This document shows, piece after piece, positions 61,069 through 64,000 of a stretch of 64,000 nt of DNA. A program made the translations under genes and the position numbers. A model generated the notes under the pieces. That model had not been told where the DNA came from and made no database searches. It worked only from the letters and a program-made list of their open reading frames with translations. Each line of letters starts with the position of its first letter. Within the stretch, counting starts at the first letter, position 1. The DNA is taken from assembly GCA_038821645.1 (NCBI GenBank), contig JAWBDT010000009.1:1-64000 (forward strand), read 5' to 3'. Origin of the DNA: Ignisphaera sp. (GTDB lineage: Archaea; Thermoproteota; Thermoprotei_A; Sulfolobales; Ignisphaeraceae).

Positions 61069-61989
61069 CTAAACCTTAACCTTCTTGATCAACACGATCC
61101 TATTCTGAAGACCTATCTTCTCTATTTTAACTATCCCCAGTTTCTCTAGCTTTCTAACATGTCTCCACAGAGTTGTTCTAGGGATATTTACATCATTCTG
61201 TAGTTCTATTTGAAGAGCAGAACCACCTCTAGCCTCTAGAGCTCTTATTATAGCTATATCAATATCGTTAAGCATATCACTTATATCACTACGTTTTTTC
61301 AATCTAGATCTATATAGATAGTAACCCATACCTCCACCAACAGCTATAACGATAGCTATGATAGCTATCATCACTATATCCATAGATCTTTGTATTTGTG
61401 CTACAGCTGACGTTGGTTCTGTGGCTATAGGAGATTGTGTAGGAGTCTCTGTGATAGTTGTTGGTGTATGTGTTAAGGGTGAGGTTATCGTTACTACTGA
61501 TGGAAGTCTAATGGTGTATCTAATTGTTTCTGGACCCCTAATTACGAGCACTAGTTTATCTTGTTCTAATCTAGCATCAACTAGTTTTTCACCTGGCCAT
61601 GACAAAAGTATGACGTCTCTATGGATCTTGATGTTAACAGTATCTTCTGTTACTATACTTAGATAGAATATATTGTTAATAATACTGACATTAGCTATAT
61701 AGGTTATAGTCACATTGGCTTTAGTATTAAGCACTATGTAGAATGAGCCATTATCATAGATAAGCGGTAGAACGCTGCCATCGGCTGTAGCTATAGCTGT
61801 TGAAGCTATAGGTTCTATAGGTGCCACAATTTCATGAACACCTCTATCAAGAGATAAGGTTATAGATACCTCTACCATACCATACTCATCAATACTAACG
61901 ATACTGCTAGCTCTACACACTATCGAAGGAGAAAGAACGATAATAGATACAACTACAACAAGTATTATTAATCCACAAATATTCTTCAT
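61069..61989 (-). CDS. Membrane-anchored wHTH transcriptional regulator (COG2512-like)
   Basis: Signal peptide, beta-rich ectodomain, Thr/Pro stalk, TM, cytoplasmic QIELQ...PRTTLWRHVRKLEKLGIV..G..N. Confidence 0.85.
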   Translation of the reverse strand: MKNICGLIILVVVVSIIVLSPSIVCRASSIVSIDEYGMVEVSITLSLDRGVHEIVAPIEPIASTAIATADGSVLPLIYDNGSFYIVLNTKANVTITYIANVSIINNIFYLSIVTEDTVNIKIHRDVILLSWPGEKLVDARLEQDKLVLVIRGPETIRYTIRLPSVVTITSPLTHTPTTITETPTQSPIATEPTSAVAQIQRSMDIVMIAIIAIVIAVGGGMGYYLYRSRLKKRSDISDMLNDIDIAIIRALEARGGSALQIELQNDVNIPRTTLWRHVRKLEKLGIVKIEKIGLQNRIVLIKKVKV

Positions 61990-62293
61990 TCTATGCACCT
62001 ATGATGTAACCTACTACTCTGTGTATGGCCAGCTACATTCGGTATAAAAATTATTCGACTTATTATTGTGGATAATCTCAAAACAAAGCGTTCTTACTTA
62101 TACCGAAATATCTTCTGTGTTCATTATCACCTAGATTAGATGTGTATATACTTTAGCTATACTTTATCAGTTTTATAGGATTTAACATGTTTAGAGTGTT
62201 CTAAAGTAACGCAATATACATCAATTTACTATCGATTTAACAATTGTATTGCTACACAACTAGAAATAATTGCTGTATCTAGAGATAACTAAG

Positions 62294-62836
62294 TTAAACA
62301 CTAGTGTCTGTAATGGTGTTTCCATGTGTATCTATGGAGATTATTAAGGGCCCCAAATTCTCTACGACTAGAACCCACATAGCTTCTGGTATACCTAGGT
62401 CTAGCCAATAAACATCAATAACTTTTCTAACAGCTTTAGCTCCTAAAGCTCCTAAACCTCCAGGATATATAGCTACAACACATCCATATCTTCTACAGGC
62501 TTCTACTGTTTTCTTACCCATAAACCCTTTACCTATGATCATCTTCACACCTGTTTTCTCTATGAATTCTGCTTCAATAGATTCCATTCTGCTACTTGAT
62601 GTTGATCCTATGGAGATTACAATCCATTCATTATCTTTTCTCTTAACTGTAGGACCTGCATGCCATACAGCTAACCTGTTTATCTGTATCGGTGGATATA
62701 GACCCTCTAACACGATTCTCTTATGGACTTGATCTCTAGCTGTTACAACGATACCAGATAAGTAGACTATGTCACCTACTTTCAGAAAGTCTAGCTCTTC
62801 ATAGAATGGTGATGAAATTCTATAGATGTTAGCCAT
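62294..62836 (-). CDS. Class I fumarate hydratase / L-tartrate dehydratase beta subunit
   Basis: LKVGD, TARD, HAGP, SxRM, IIGKG, LGIPEA, GPLIISIDTHG. Confidence 0.9.
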   Translation of the reverse strand: MANIYRISSPFYEELDFLKVGDIVYLSGIVVTARDQVHKRIVLEGLYPPIQINRLAVWHAGPTVKRKDNEWIVISIGSTSSSRMESIEAEFIEKTGVKMIIGKGFMGKKTVEACRRYGCVVAIYPGGLGALGAKAVRKVIDVYWLDLGIPEAMWVLVVENLGPLIISIDTHGNTITDTSV

Positions 62837-63725
62837 AGAGCTTCTTCCTTATAACGTTATGTGTAGGTATCTCGAAACTCATATCTGGATATATCTTTAT
62901 ACATCCTTTCCTATGAACCCAGCATCCAGCTGATACAGCTATAGCATATGTAGCTGGATGTCTATATGCATATTCTACAAATACATCTAGAACAAATGTT
63001 TTTCCTTTAAGTCCTTGGGGACCTAAACCAAGTGAGTTGAGCTTCTCCTTCAGTTTCTGCTCTAGTTCTGCAACATTGGGATCTTCATGTCTTTTGCCTA
63101 TTTCTCTAAGAAGAGCCTTCTTGGATAATACAGACGCTATCTCTATAGTTGGCCCAATACCTATCCCTATGATTAGTGGAGGACAAGAATTTATACCTCG
63201 CTTCAAGACTACCTCTAGAACTATTTTCTCGATCTCTTTTTCAGCATCTATAGGCTGTAACACTTTTGCTTCACCTACAGAACTACTTCCTCCTCCAGCA
63301 ACGTATAGACATACCTCAAGAGTATCTGATTTATCGATTTCGTACTGAATCCAAGGTATATACCTACCTAGATTGGTACCACTATTGATGTTTGTGAAAG
63401 GATTTACAGCATTTGGTCTAAGAGGTATATCTCTAGTTGCTCTTTCAACAGCATTGATTATAGCATCTCCTATGATATCTATATAGGGATTCTTTAAACC
63501 AAGTTTAACAAAGAATACAAATATGCCTGTATCTTGGCATATGGGTATACGTTCTGATCTCGCTACATCTATATTCATGACCATGGCCTTAACTATCTCT
63601 CTAGAGAGCCCTTCTTCAACTTCTATAAGTCTGTCTATAGCATGATACACATCTATTGAAAGTGAAGTCTCTACAATCTTGATAAACTCAATCAGTACAT
63701 CTATCAATTCCTCTTTAGCATCCAT
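62829..63725 (-). CDS. Class I fumarate hydratase / L-tartrate dehydratase alpha subunit
   Basis: PICQDTG, PLRPN, AGGGS, CPP, GLGPQGL, RHPA, GCWVHR. Confidence 0.9.
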   Translation of the reverse strand: MDAKEELIDVLIEFIKIVETSLSIDVYHAIDRLIEVEEGLSREIVKAMVMNIDVARSERIPICQDTGIFVFFVKLGLKNPYIDIIGDAIINAVERATRDIPLRPNAVNPFTNINSGTNLGRYIPWIQYEIDKSDTLEVCLYVAGGGSSSVGEAKVLQPIDAEKEIEKIVLEVVLKRGINSCPPLIIGIGIGPTIEIASVLSKKALLREIGKRHEDPNVAELEQKLKEKLNSLGLGPQGLKGKTFVLDVFVEYAYRHPATYAIAVSAGCWVHRKGCIKIYPDMSFEIPTHNVIRKKLYG

Positions 63726-63731
63726 CCTATA

Positions 63732-64000
63732 TCACTTATAGATAGGTATAAGGTTCTCTCTTAAGGCTATATCCATATACTTTCTAGGTCTTTCCACAAG
63801 ACACTTAATCTCATACTCAAGCTCTTTTCTAGCTATATTCCTTCTAGCTAGCCCAAGCTCTATAGCTTTTTCAGCAACAGCTACAGCTTCACGAACATAC
63901 ACCTCTACTTCGTTTACCGAAGGAACTATCCTATCTTCACTCAACCCTGTTTCTTCTGTATATCTAGCTATAGCTTGTGCAGCAGCAATAAACATCTCAT
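63732..64000 (-). CDS. Malic enzyme, C-terminal part (truncated by the window edge)
   Basis: EMFIAAAQAIA...IVP...REAVAVAEKAIELGLAR; upstream of the hydratase genes. Confidence 0.8.
   Translation of the reverse strand, partial: EMFIAAAQAIARYTEETGLSEDRIVPSVNEVEVYVREAVAVAEKAIELGLARRNIARKELEYEIKCLVERPRKYMDIALRENLIPIYK

Overview
Low-GC, gene-dense window from a hyperthermophilic crenarchaeon. The CTAG/AGCT-rich composition, GGTG Shine-Dalgarno sites, GAAAG-ending CRISPR repeats and gene content point to Thermoproteota, Desulfurococcales/Ignisphaera-like; this is inferred, not database-confirmed. The window opens with the trailer end of a CRISPR array (3 repeats, 2 full spacers). About 58 mostly housekeeping or nutrient-uptake genes follow: peptide, nucleoside and metal ABC transporters, a GH35 glycosidase, molybdopterin and pterin enzymes, a VapBC pair, NreA, a RACo-type corrinoid activator, and a tartrate/fumarate hydratase plus malic enzyme. 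The most notable unannotated element is a GC-rich, TATA-driven ~70-nt RNA at 34177-34246 (-). It has a clear K-turn, an ACA triplet at 14 nt, and two arms complementary to the 23S peptidyl-transferase region as I recall its sequence. It looks like a non-canonical H/ACA pseudouridylation guide with no conventional lower stem. Other leads: non-AUG (AUA/AUU) starts, a possible +1 UUU-UGA frameshift in the CRISPR-adjacent gene, a VPEP-type sorting signal, a membrane-anchored HTH regulator paired with a secreted helical glycoprotein carrying a CIAIYPPPPAC loop, and a candidate operator for a NikR-like regulator. All product calls come from motif recognition; no searches were run.
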